This document shows, piece after piece, positions 26,125 to 39,108 of a stretch of 64,000 nt of DNA. The stretch covers positions 4,092,001-4,156,000 of the forward strand of contig OZ281498.1 in NCBI GenBank assembly GCA_965637545.1, written 5' to 3'. The position numbers were made by a program, and so were the translations under genes. Below the pieces are notes generated by a model, which had not been told where the DNA came from, made no database searches, and worked only from the letters and a program-made list of their open reading frames with translations. Each line of letters starts with the position of its first letter. Position 1 is the stretch's first letter. The stretch comes from Phallusia mammillata. Taxonomy: Eukaryota.

Positions 26125-26339
26125 TTTTAAATGGTACTTTTTACGTTTTTTTTTTACTAAGGTAACGGTTTTATGCAGGCGAATTCAATGCGACACACAT
26201 ACAATCATAAAATCGTCATTTTGAGGCAGGATATGGTATTGGTGACTTGAACTTGTTAATTGGGCAACAAAAGCCAATATATCGACGAGAAAATAAACGA
26301 AACTTGACACCAGCACCCAGCAAAACTGCTCTTCTTCTG

Positions 26340-28710
26340 TCATTAGCAGAACTTACGAGAGCTTACAGACACTGTTTGGACACAAACCACATTTTATCGT
26401 GTTTGTGAATTTTAAACAGGTGGAGATTTGCATTGAGTTGAGTTTAGTTTATTTCGCTTGGTGAAAGAAAACATGGCGACACAATAGCACTAATACAATC
26501 ACCAAGCCGGAGATAGCTGCCCAGTCGGAAATTTTTGTGCGGGCCTTAGTCGAAATATCTTCGAGTTTAGTATGGCCCATAACTTGCTGATCGGAGATAC
26601 CCCATAGATTTATCACTGGCGGGAGACAGGAAAGGTAACATCGGGCCCATGTTAGATTATCGCTGATTTCCCTTGGTAGGACCTTATGTATGGGCCTAAC
26701 GTGGAAGTAGCCTGGCCAAACGTATCCCTGCTTTACACCAAATGCAAAATACCCGCTACAATTATTTATTGTCATTGTACTTACGCGCACACGGATATAA
26801 TAAACAAACGAACAGTTTAAACGGCAGGTTGGGGCAAAAGTCGTTTAGGCAGTATTTTGCCATTTTGCCAGATGCAACTTTTGCTCCAAACCTGGATTTC
26901 ATTCCATGTCATCGCAGTCTTCACATGGTATGGTGTCCGTACTGGTGTTGCTGTCACTCTCATTTGTTAAATTTTCTATTTTTTTTTCTTCTCTCCTCGC
27001 GCCTCCCATTCCAATCCCCAGCACCAGCCAGAGAAACGGTAACTTCATTTTCGATTTAGTCAATTGTTGCATCCTTGTAAGATGTGAATTGCAATACTCC
27101 TAAGAAAAAAATTATGGTTGGATGAATAAACCCAACTACACGTACAGTACAAATATTACAAAGCGAAATGACATTTTAAGTCATTGCAGTTAAGTTCGCA
27201 TTTATTGTAGTAATTCACGTTTTGGAGTCATTAAACACATATATATACAAAGTGACTCACCAATAATCGTCAACACGACAATAAACGGCTTTTCTAATAA
27301 AACCGACGCAGCACCATGCTCCACGGAAGTCAGCAGCGAAAAGGACTAAATCACGCTGCGTTATCACACAAAACTGGTAGTCGATTATTACGTCACACAA
27401 CGCAATAGATTACAACACAAGTTGTACTGAGGAAATGCGGGAATCAAAAGAAATCGGCAATTACTGGAAAATAAGATTTAACATATACAGAGTAAGTTGG
27501 AAAAATGTAAACATAGTGTTGCTAGCAGTTAACGTGGCCTACATCTAGAAGACTTTTACAGATGTCATTATACATTCCACAAACCTGCTGCCTTATGGCT
27601 TGTTTCATGAAGCAATGTATTCCACAAACTTTAATTAATACCTAGAGTCTAAACAAATACACTAAGTATTTTATGCACTAACGGACTTCAAACAACTTAA
27701 ATCCACCTAAACACGCGCCACCCGCCAAAACCTAAAACGTTGTAGCGAAATCAAGTCTGGTCCCTTGCCAAACTCTTTCAAAAAGATAAAACGCGGGAAT
27801 AACTGGACTCACAGTGACGAAACCAGCCAATAATTTTAAAATATTTCGCATAGTTTGTGCATTGTATGTTTCAACAACGAAAAGAATGTGTACAGCGAGT
27901 GTAAAAAAAGCTCTATTGATAATTTATATGCCCACGCGTTTTATGTAGGCCTACAGGGTATTAGTTGTGTAGGCTAGATACAAATTTAAACTTATTTAAA
28001 CAGTAAATTTGATGTAAAGTCATTGATTTGGCAATAACACAAGATTCCGAAAATACCATCGGTACTTCCACGATTTACCCATGGGTTATCGCAGATAATC
28101 ATAGAAACAGTTTTCCACAAGATTAACATAGTTTGCAATAACATGAATTAAAATATTGTTTACTTGTTAAAACATCGTCTCCACAACCTCAAATAAGAAA
28201 AATGTGTAAGAACACTTATCTGAGTTAATCTAAGATAAACCACTGCTAATTCGAACAAAGACCCAAATCCCTAGTTTGGCCCGGGGATAACTCCGAGATA
28301 TTTTCTGACTGGGGCGCAACGTTAAAACGTTATTAAGCGCAAAACATTGAGTTGTATGCTTTGGCTAATTATATATTTTCGCTTATTACCGAGAAAGGGC
28401 AGGAAAGTTAGGAAGGAGCTTGCCATATTGTATTGCATTCGTTATTGATATCGGTTTGTATGTATTTAGCCTTAATTAGGACTTCAACGCAGGGAACGAG
28501 TCGCTTGTTTATTTAATTTTTTGATGTTTGGTTGCTCGGATGGGACATGGCAAACCCTTATTACAGGTGCAGTGTTTGCAAAACATGAAATCGCTTTTGT
28601 TTATCAAAATGTAAGAAAGTATGATTTATTTGTGCGTAAATATGTGTAAACATTAAGAGTCGTTGAATTGTAATTGCAGCAATGTACGGAGAACATATCA
28701 AAGTTTCCGT
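26340..28710 (+). pseudogene. G1-like pseudogene (exon-5 end, exon 6, exon-7 start) split by a 1.9-kb insertion
   Basis: gcagaacttacgagagcttacag (AELTRAY); removing 26441-28344 plus one TSD copy restores VEICIELYALANYIFSLIT..GRSLPYCIAFVIDIGLYVF, colinear with G1 exon 6; in-frame TAG and frameshifts. Confidence 0.8.
26441..28344 (-). mobile_element. 1.9-kb insertion with 10-bp TSD, no TIRs; unclassified, possibly retrotransposed
   Basis: Direct repeat CATTGAGTTG at 26431-26440 and 28345-28354; minus-strand 3' end AAATAAACTAAACT; fragmentary ORFs inside. Confidence 0.65.
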
Positions 28711-29049
28711 CTAGGACAGCAAGCAAGGGATGCTCGTACTTTTCTTACATTTTGATAAACAAAAGCAAATTTCATGTTTTGCAATAATAAACAAAAGAGA
28801 TAAAGTAGCACATTTCAAAAGTTTCCGTTAAAAAAAGGCTTCTCAATTAAACTGGGTCTTTCAGCGTGGTATACCACCTATACATAGGTTGATTATAATT
28901 AACAGAGCCATTGTTTACTAATGAAGTCCTGAAACTTGATGGAAAATTTATAAAACGATTTGTGCAATGCTGCGTCAGGAGGCGGTTTTTGCCAATGTCG
29001 TTTGGTACGTTCTTCACAAGCGACACTCTGCAGTAATTAATTGTTAACA

Positions 29050-29282
29050 CAGGGGTCGGCAACCTTTTTTGCACTGAGGACCGTTTTTGAAACTAAAATT
29101 TTATCGTAGACCGGCTTTTTAAAAATTACAAATATTTATCAATAAAAACGCCCAATTAGTTTATCAACCCCGGGATACATGGGCAAATGTTTTATAGCAT
29201 TTAACCTGAAAAATTATACAGCCTGGTAACGAACTTCTCGCGGACCGGTCACGGGCCGCGGACCGGCGGTTGCCGACCACTG
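29050..29282. mobile_element. hAT MITE (family shared with 47713-47948)
   Basis: TIRs CAGGGGTCGGCAACC / GGTTGCCGACCACTG; internal sequence near-identical to the G5 intron-3 copy. Confidence 0.8.
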
Positions 29283-29446
29283 TGTCGTGTTGAAAGTAGC
29301 ACTTTATGCAAGTATTTCAATTGTAGTTTAATGCAAACAATGCAGACAATAAAAATAATTCAAACAACATTTAAGTTATTTGCCCGATCTAATATTTTAT
29401 ATTTCGACATGACTGTAGTTTGGATGGAAAACTCTGACCGCTTAAT

Positions 29447-29622
29447 ACTTCCGTAAGATTCACTGCAAGCCCTCGCTTATATTAGGCTACCTTGATGTGG
29501 CCTGTACGTAAACCCAATGATTACCATAAGCTGCACTTGATTGTAAGCCGCCCCAGATTATCAGCCGCACAAACAGCAGGCAAAAAAATAATATAAGCCG
29601 CGGCTTACAATCGAGTAAGCGG
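29447..29622. mobile_element. Possible pogo/Tc-mariner-type MITE
   Basis: Repeated TAAGCCGC and palindromic ATAAGCCGCGGCTTAC motifs, degenerate CCGT ends. Confidence 0.4.
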
Positions 29623-30319
29623 CATTCAATTTGTCGTAAGTATACGTTTATATAAGTTATGTATAATGCTTTCTGATGATGTCAAGCTATGTATATCTGT
29701 GGTACCCTGGTCCAAAACCCTGATAAGCTTCGGCCGGCATACAATTAACTTTTGTTTCCCATTTTTTGAGTGTATGTTTTCTTCAAAGAAAACCGTGTTG
29801 ACGTGAGCCACATGAGTGACGTAGGCTAATTGCAACTAGGCTATAGCCTACTCTACTGCGTATGCTCAAATAAAATTTAGCCGTTTCCGTCTCGCAACAA
29901 CCTTTGTATAATAACTGATTACCTACCACGTATGGCCTCTGTAAGACAAAAAAGCACACTAGGCCTACACCAGTTTATTGTAGTCAAATGCTTTTTCACC
30001 AATAATGTTTTGAAATAAACCAATTACACCGCAATGAACTAACAGTGACAAAAGTACGTAGATAGTTTATTAAGTTTTTTAAGTTATCAGGGATTTCAGT
30101 TGATCTACTGGGTTACAACATTTATTTTAAAGCCTACGCTACGCCACACGTAAATACAAAAAATCTGCAGACTGCATTTCATTTTTTCCATCAAAAGTTA
30201 TGTCGCAAAGTCAATGGGCGCAGTCAAGCGAGACGCGGTGTGCCAGTTCCAGTTGTCTCTGAGCAAACCACGCTATGTGGGACTTTCCCTCACACAAGCA
30301 CGTGTAAAGTATTTCCCGC

Positions 30320-30450
30320 AGGCAGATTAGTATAGTTGCTGCTTCTTGCAACTGTAGCTATGGAAACTGACGCATTTTGATTGATACAGCGACCGAGAGT
30401 TAGTGTTGCCTATATGTGGCACCATATAAGATAATGTTGATTAAAATCAT
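30320..30450 (+). pseudogene. Relic of G4-type exon 6
   Basis: LLLATVAMETDAF ~ FLLATAVEVTIYVF after a cag acceptor. Confidence 0.35.
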
Positions 30451-30797
30451 GTGGTTTGAAACAGGAAATTAATCCTCACAGTATTGACAAAAAGCATTCA
30501 AGTGTATGGTAATAATTAATTGTTGCTCCTATGCTTGCATAAAATATTATTTGTTTAGATTAGAAAATTTTTTACAAAATAATAAAGTTTTATCACAATC
30601 AGTAAGGCCACAAAATTACCACATGTCTTTACTTGACATTATAGCACACAACTTTTAAAAGTACAGGGTTTAATATTGTTAGAAAAATAATGGATCCTGT
30701 TTTATGCTAATTGTAAATATTGTAGGAGTGCTTTTTAGGGATGCTTAATGATTCGTTAGGATTTTCTTGCCTGGTAGATATATATATATATACATAT

Positions 30798-30950
30798 GGA
30801 ATTCAATTTTTTGTCAGCCGGTTCTATAACAAATGTCATATTTGTTAGCCAGTTCTGTTGCAAAAAGTCCATTGACAGTAACCAGTAATGCTAACCAGTT
30901 CGCTGAACTCATAAAATTTTGTGAGGCTGTTCTGTAGAACCGGCTGAATA
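30798..30950. mobile_element. Truncated copy of the AACCGG MITE between TA microsatellites
   Basis: gtcagccggttcta..gaaccggctg matches 22947-23090. Confidence 0.7.
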
Positions 30951-31709
30951 TATATTTATATGTATATATATATGTGTGTATATATGTGTTTATGACTACC
31001 ATGGTGGGTTATAAGATACATTATTAAAAAGTTGATTTGAATATTTTGCAAAGGCATGGCCTTCATAACAATAATTTTTTTCTCCAATGCTGTGGCCTGA
31101 TCAAACATATATGTACCATTCAAGTAATTGAGAATAAAACATAGGGTCAAATCTGGCAAAATAGCTATAGATTGGATGTGGGATTGTTATTGATTGGTAC
31201 ATCCTAAATTGAGTTCTGTAGCATAATACTAATCCAGCAGTATATATTTTTTTTCCCCTAAAAGATCCAGACCTGTGACTTAAATGTACAAATATGAATG
31301 CTATGTGAAAGAAAAACACATATCCTTTGCAAAGTTGCCTACAGTGCATGTGAAATGATAACATGGTGAAAGCCACATGACACTCTTTTCTTTACATTTC
31401 TTACCAAAACTTGAATAAAAAGTAGGCTGCACATGGACAAGAAGTTGTCACAAAATGGCTCGATTGCTTTTTACACCCGATACGCACGAGTACACATTCG
31501 TGCCCGCGCGCACAAGTGGTTTATGTTGCGGATTTGTTGGGCAATCATTTTTGCGCGCAAACATTCACCCACCACGCAAAAACGCATTGTTCCCTGTTGA
31601 TCAGCCAATTACACATATGCCAGCATGGTCAAACAAAAACGTGGGATTAAATAAGTAAAAATTACGTATACGTAGACGGGGACAGATCAGTTGTAAAGAT
31701 TTTTTACCA

Positions 31710-31860
31710 GATGTATCAGGGGCTTCCACATTACTGATCAGCAAAGCGCGAAGCAACCGCAAAGTAGTAGGCGTCGCAATGATATTGCCAGTGGTGTGAC
31801 TATGTACGCGGTTATCACGAACCAGCTGTCTACAACGGAAGGACAACATTGCAATTCCTG
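31710..31860 (+). pseudogene. Relic of G2-type exon 7
   Basis: VSGASTLLISK..VVGVAMI ~ VSGGFSSVLISK..VAIGVCI. Confidence 0.4.
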
Positions 31861-32177
31861 TCAACGTGGCAAAGGCAACGACACAAAACAGCGTCGTTGA
31901 GCCTTAGTGAAAACTAAGCATGTTCAAAGCTTTGATGAGAACCAAATATTCAATTTAGTTTAATATTTACGGGCAGCGTGAATTGGTATACGATATCAGT
32001 AATCGCGATAAAATGCTGACTTGAACCAACATAGGATTTAATTCGGCTGTATTACTATGTGTGCTTAGCAAACGCCTATTGGATTGTTTCGTAAGCAAAA
32101 CCTTCGAGCTGTCCACTAGCGACCGATGGTAGAGCCTATATTGTTTAATTTTGTTTTTTGTTTGTTATAAAGTTCAG

Positions 32178-35100
32178 ATGTCTAGTAGGAAATACTTTGT
32201 TGTGTTTTTGCTGGGCGTATTCTTTTGCTTTACGGCCGACACTTCAATCGTCGATTTATCATCAAGTTTCAACATTGACGATGGTGTTGGTAAGTGCTAA
32301 TCCAAACTGCCCTACAAAAGTTTGATCGTAAATGGAAAGTCCTAGGTAATAGTTACCACTCGAAACTTCTGTGGTGGAATTGTTATCCTAGGGAGTTAAT
32401 GTGACAACTGACAATACAGTGTAAACTTGATCATTGCGATTGTAGCCTATATTAATTAGTTTTGCTAAAGAAGGCCAGAAATCACCACAGTAGCCTTAAA
32501 AAATGTGTCAATGGTGTTGGTCAGTGAAAGTATGATTTTACCGCGAAAGTTGTCCGGGTAATTTTGCATCGTTTACTGCAAATAGGATAAAAATGTTTCG
32601 AAAGTGGAATGCTTCACCCTAAAAAGCTAACCACATCAATGCTGATTTCGTTATGTTGCGCAATACCAATTAGGAATGGCTAACTTTTTGCGGCATGCAG
32701 GCTCGTGTTGTAATATCCTTTGCAGCGTAAACAAAAAATGTTTCATTAAAGGAACAACATCGCTTGCTATATGCCATGCCGTGTCTATCGTGGTCGCCGT
32801 GCTTACACCAGTTATTGGACACAAAGTTGGCTGCAAACGCCTTCTCATGATTGGCGTAGTTGGCTATTTAGCGTACATCCTCGGTAACCTATACTCAGGT
32901 AATTCACATGTTTAGATTGTTTTTCAACCATTTCATCAGTTTGTTTGCAGGGTTTATAACTCTTGTTCCTGCCGGATTTTTCATGGGCCTTGGTGAAGCG
33001 TGGGTGTGGACTGCCTTGCCTATTATAATATCCTACTTTGCAAAAGAGCAACGAAATGAAAAAGAGAGTTTCGGTTGTCAACTGCGACGGTATACCGGAT
33101 ATTACGTGGCAGTCATTGAACTGAGCACGGTAAAACTCATTTTATAGTTTGTTTTGCCGAATAGTATAAACCAGTGGTTCTCAAACTTTTTTGACCGCGA
33201 CCCAAATCTGAGTTTTATGAACATCTCACGACCCAAGCCTTAAACATCAAAAAATGTATTTTTTTCTGATATGCATGAAATAGAAAAAGACACAAACAAC
33301 CAGGTACACAGTACCATGAAACAATGATTGATTTATTTAATGTGATTGATGACACTGTTTTTTTCCTTCATAATACCTTCAATGCACGGCTCTATTTTTC
33401 ATTCGGGAGACCACTTGATATTTATATTCAGTGAAAGGTCTGTGATTCGACTTTTAACTGTGCTGTTCGATAACGAGACGGACCGCCATTTCGAGGCCGC
33501 GTCGTCGCTACGTAGGAGTCTGGCCATGTAAAAATGACTGCAGGCTGAACGAGGTCGATTCGTTCGACAACGCTGCATAACACAGCACACATTGCGGCTT
33601 TGCAGCACCATGATCATTGATAGAAGTGTATCCAAGATTTTAAAATTTTTCCTTGTAAGAATACTTACTCATCCTTAAACGCTAACTGTTACATCTGCAC
33701 GTTCAGTTTCACATGATTAACTTGTCCTATTATTTCCCGTGCTATGTCGTCACAATCGCCATGTGCGTAACAGTAAAGTTGGATGGTTTTGTCTGTATGT
33801 AGTAATGATTGGTTTATTTTAGTGTACAACGAGGTCGAGTGAGGTGACTTTACTACTCTGCATTAGGAAAATTCGTTTGGGCAGAATTGAATCACGTAAC
33901 GCGACCCATTTTTCGACCCTACGCGACCCATGTTTGGGTCGCGACCCATACTTTGAGAACCACTGGTATAAACAAATGATTAAGTACGAACAATATTTAT
34001 ACCTTCTAGTTTGCTGGAAGCGCCCTTAGTTTCGCTGTGCTACACATTGACCGATCGCTCTCAAGCCAGCACACTTCAAACATCACTTCAAAACCTCGCG
34101 ACCTAACGGTTTGCGGGGCCAACGACTGCCAAATACCCAACATTACAAAGGCAAACGAGGACCAATATCATCCGGTGTACCCAATAACAAAATATCTGTT
34201 TATCGCAATAATTGCTACCATTAGCATTGTGGCAATCCTGATCTTCTACTTTTACATTCCCGACGATGTTGCTTGGGATTTGGCGGAGGGTGTAGAAAAA
34301 GATGAGACTAAAGCACAGTTAACTTCCACGGAGTCAAATCAACCGAGCTCGAATGAACTTACAAAACAAGATCGAGAAGACAAATGTGATGTCAAGACTA
34401 CTGACAGTCAAGTAAGTTACCTTAATGTATTTTGTTTAATGTGACAAGTCTCCGAACTTGCGTGTTTAGGAAAATTCTTTTGGTGGTAGTTCGCATATTC
34501 TCGTATTAGTCATCATTTTGGGCTACATAATTCGTTCAACCTTCACTCTGTACTGCAGACTTCCATTTGCGCATTGATTATGCAGTCTGTTAAAGACTCG
34601 TATAGACTAGCTGTGAGCGGAAAACATCTCCTGATTGTTTTGCTGCCTATTTACAACGGAACATCGAACGGACTTCTTTTCGGTGAACTCACGCGAGCAT
34701 TTGCATCCTGCATTCTAGGTGTCGATCATGTGAGTACGAAAACTACAAAAAAAAAAAAACAGTGGGAAGGAACTTATAGCACAAAGCCAAGTGTTTAGTG
34801 TTAACGTACACACGGATTTGTACGTTTACACTGTAACCCTCATAGTTACTTTGCCAGATTAATAAAAGTATTAATTGTTTTCCAAATCGCATCACTTTCA
34901 TCAAATGCAAAACGCTTAGCAGTACCTCCTTCGATTGCTGCGTTTGACTCGTCGGCACCAATCTCCGCCGGTTCAGCAGCAACGCGTATAGAAAGTTAAA
35001 AAGTAAACAGTTCTGGAACGCTTGCATTTTTGCCTGCAAAATTAATAAAAAAGTATGAACTTAGGTTGAATGTAAAGTAGGAAACCAATGGAAATGAATG

Positions 35101-35947
35101 CAATGAATACATACTAGTTGTAAATGGTGAAAACCAGTGTTCTATTTAAGTTATTTTTGTAGGTTGGAGTTTGTATGATGGTTTACGCTGTGACTACATG
35201 CATTTCTTGCATGGCGTGTGGCAAGTTTTCCGCCAGATACGGAAGAAATATTCCTTTTCTGCTTGCCACTGCAGTGGAAGTCACTATCTACGTATTCTGC
35301 CTAAACTGGAACATTACTACAGACAACACCTGGCTTGTCTACGCACTTTTCGCTGCGTTCGGCGTTTCGCTAGCCGTATGGAACACACTTATAATTGGTT
35401 AGTGTTTATATATTGTGCCTATGAGCAGTTGTATGCTATATCTTCCAAAAAGTTTGTTTGGTCTCGTTAATGCCGGGGTAATTATTCTGTGGCATATCTT
35501 TCAGTTTACATTTGACGAGGTCAACGAAAACCGAATGTTTGACCTATGCTTGAAAGCTATTTATTAACACATGCGCTAATGCGCTAATGTTCCTCAGCTA
35601 TGTATGGGGAATACTTCGAAAACGAAGAAAAGTTGGCCTACAACTTGTGGAACATTGTATGCAGCATAGGTCTTATGTGGCAGTTCGCTGTTAGCACCTT
35701 CTTCTGTGTGTACGTAAAAATCTACATCCAACTTGGATTGCTGGGTGCTGCAGTTATAACTTATTGTAAGTATTATGTTAACATCTAAATCTCAACCACA
35801 TGTTTGTGCATTATTTTGTATTTTTCAGTGATTTCTCTAGTGATTTATTATCCCGAGCAATGTCGATTGATTCAAAATAAGAAAAACATCATAACTGTGA
35901 CTCAAACCGTCGGAGAAAAACTTACTTCGAGAGAATCGGTCATCTGA
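32178..35947 (+). CDS. UNC93A: UNC93-like MFS protein G4 (~510 aa, 8 exons)
   Basis: Exons 32178-32289, 32752-32898, 32951-33129, 34010-34411, 34559-34729, 35163-35397, 35598-35765, 35829-35947; GT-AG, phases consistent; GHKVGCKRLL, CGANDCQ, GELTRAFASCILG, STFFCVYVKIYI. Confidence 0.9.
33172..33965. mobile_element. 794-bp hAT MITE in G4 intron 3
   Basis: TIRs CAGTGGTTCTCAAA / TTTGAGAACCACTG; exact TSD GTATAAAC; cgacccca-type subterminal repeats. Confidence 0.9.
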
Positions 35948-36272
35948 TGATCGATGCAGCACGCTTCAAACATTTTACCATTATCACTAGGCGAAATTTC
36001 ATTACAAGAACTTAGTTTTTTTCGTACAACAGCATCCATTCTATTCATATTAAAACATGAAATGTGTCGATATTTAACGTACAAGTCAAAGGTGATCAAA
36101 TTACATTAGTGAGTACACGCAACAGTGCTACCTTTTTTACCCTACGACACTGTTATATATTTCTAATATGCAAAATTTAATGTTATTTAACAGAGCATCA
36201 AAATGTGTACTTTACATCATTGCTGTAAGCGGGCCCGAACTTGGCTGAATTTCGAAAGTACAATACTGGGCC

Positions 36273-36548
36273 GGTAGAGCTACTAACACCATAACGAGAA
36301 TCCGAACTTCGCTTTCACAAGGGGGCGTAAAGAGCTGAATTTTTATTTAGCGGCTATAAATGGGTTGGGTTGGGAAATAATTACATAAAATTTTTGCATT
36401 AGTAACTAATTTTTTGGGTTAGTTTTATTGAATTTTAAGTGCTAATACCTTACCCCAACCCTAATAGCCCTAACCGTGAGCATTTTTGGAGATATAACCA
36501 ATCGACTTTTGGGTGTGTGATTCTCGTTATGGTGTTAGTAGCTCTACC
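36273..36548. mobile_element. 276-bp MITE with 30-bp TIRs and 9-bp TSD (Mutator-like)
   Basis: TIR GGTAGAGCTACTAACACCATAACGAGAATC; exact TSD TACTGGGCC; internal aaccctaa-like motifs. Confidence 0.85.
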
Positions 36549-36596
36549 TACTGGGCCGACCCGAAATAGAAATTATAAAAATAAATCTCCTATATG

Positions 36597-36921
36597 CAGG
36601 GTTGCCATACCGTCCTTATTTCTAAGATTTTTCCTTATTTTGAAATGCTATGTCTGAGAAACGTTCATTATCCTTATTTCTAAGAAATGTCCTTATTTTT
36701 GATTTGAGTCATTCTTTTGTCTTATTTTCAACAATTGCGAGTCAAATCCTTGCTACAAGTAAAAGTATACCTAGATGCACGAAGTATTTTTTATAAACAA
36801 GGAGTTGCTGCGTAACAGTTTTTTTCTGGCCAAAATATTACATATGATGTGTCATGGCGCTTTTTTTTAATTTAATTTTTCGGTTGTCCTCATTTTTGGT
36901 TTCGAGTCGATGGCAACCCTG
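36597..36921. mobile_element. hAT MITE (CAGGGTTGCCA TIR)
   Basis: TIRs CAGGGTTGCCA / TGGCAACCCTG; TSD CCTATATG/CCTATAGG; ccttattt repeats. Confidence 0.85.
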
Positions 36922-38539
36922 CCTATAGGGCACATAGACGTATTCAACCTGAACCCCGAACTCAGTGCGACTTACAAACCTGGTTTCAAGAAATCGTTTC
37001 AAATTAAAATGGATCGATGATGTTTCCAGCACTGAATTTCAATCCCATAATTCTTTGTCATGAGTGTATATTGTGTCTTACGACCCATACAGTTAGGTAC
37101 ATAAGTTATAAGTAGTTTGACAAGACTTCATCAACGGAATTGTAATCAATATTTGTAATCTTCTCATGATCGGTCCCTCTATGGATCTTGGCAAAACGAC
37201 AATTTAAAGACTAAAAGACACGGATGACTAATGTGAAATAAGGTGATAGTGTAACGACGTAAAAAATTATGGGGACACTACAATGTCGTCATTAAAACAG
37301 GCGCAGAAAACGCTTGATTAGATCAAGTTTTTATACATGTGATTTGAATTTTGAGGACCTTCGTCGAACTATTGATACGGCCTTGTCGAACACAAAGGGT
37401 AGGCTACGATCAAACCCAGGTTAGAACTGACATAACCTAACTAAGTTCAATGAAGTTTTGGAGACAATTATCTTTAATCTCTTCAATTCAGAAGCACTCA
37501 AAAACGATGTTTACAAGACCAACTGCAGTGTTTTAGCGAACTAAAAGGCTACAAAAGTTTAGCCTTTTTATTAGGGTTCTGTGTTTTTTTAAACGCCATT
37601 CTATAATGGTTTGCTGTTGTTGTTTGTTTTTTCTATGCACATGAAAGTAATTAGGTTATACCTGCCACTAGTTTTGATTTTAGGTTAGGTCAATTTTATT
37701 TCTATGAAAACGCGACATTTTAGGCAGCATCATACAACTCATGGAAAATAATTTTTTTGGCACTCGCAGTTTTTCAGGCTCTGCTGTATTGGTGCGACGC
37801 TGGAATACCGTTTCAATGCATAACCAAAATTTCGGTTGCTTAACCCAAAACTGTTTTGCATGTGCACTATTTTAATAATGATGACAATGGTTGTTGTCTA
37901 AAAGTCTGCGTAATAAAATTTCTACGTTTTATTTTACATCACTGGCATTTCGGTTTATAGTGAATCTACTCATCTTCTATGCCTTGGGTACCTCGTACCT
38001 AAAACTGTTTTTAGTAGTTGGGTGGTGTAAAAACGAATTAAGTAGTTGGGTGGTGTTAACAGGTCAAAGATTGTATGCTTTGTGTGTTGGATCATTACGG
38101 TTGGTATTTGATTAGTCGAGAAATATAACATCTTTAAAAGTTTGTTTCTATGTGTCTCTTTATATCCTTAACGTTTTCTGGATCAAATTGGGTTAAAATT
38201 TCAACAACTTTAGAATTCAAGTGGATTAGGATATTTTGTACCTTATACCACATGATTATTTAAGCGGAATATCGATCGCGGTATTTAACGTGACGATGGT
38301 AATCTTTTTTATTCTTTTTTACGTTTCATTCTATTTTATTCTTCAATGTACAACTTTTTGTTTCGCAAACTGACAACAAGCTATAACACATTACCACAAA
38401 ACTGCGTGAAATATAAGAAAAACGCGATATGGCACATAAAGAAAACAGATAATCAACATGTGTGCAATACAATTGTAAGAAACCAAAAATGTGATGCAAT
38501 AAAAGGAAATGTGGGCTTCATGCAAACGCTAGTAACCGC

Positions 38540-39000
38540 CGACTGAGCCAGTATCCAGTTTCTTCTTCCCTATTAGCCGCAATACACAATTTGCAATAAA
38601 TCCACCCCATTTTTTCCCCATGATCCGTAACAATGTAAACCAGATTGTGCAACAACTTGTGTTTTCTATGGTTTTTAAGTGAACCCCAGTAAAGGTAACA
38701 TGACCCCTTCCATATTTTTATGAACTGCGTTGGCATTCTAACAAAGATTTCTACTTTATTTCAGCTTAGTATGCATCTAACGGTGCAAAGGTGTGACAAC
38801 AAAATTAACTAGCTTAACAAATTACTACAATGTAATATATAGCAATGTACGCAACAGCCGAGACTATACACCAAATCAAAACAGATAGTGAACATTTGTA
38901 CAACCCAACTGTGATGAAACAAAAGGTTTTTTGCAACACAAAAGAGATGCGGGATGATTTATCACAAAAATCATGATTCCCTATATCACATGACTGCACA
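38540..39000 (-). pseudogene. Inverted relic of UNC93-like exons 6-7
   Basis: KLLHNLVYIVTDHG ~ KLAYNLWNIVCSIG; TVGLYKCSL ~ DIGLYVFSI. Confidence 0.45.
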
Positions 39001-39108
39001 AACCTTCTTGGTTTGGATAATCAAATTTAAAGACGAATTTGGGCTGACATATAATGTCTTGCAGTATATTTACTTTTATTATTCCTTTTCATACAGTCAC
39101 TCGAAATT

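Noticed and set aside
36425-36480. Interstitial telomere
   Set aside because: Only a few imperfect units, inside a MITE.
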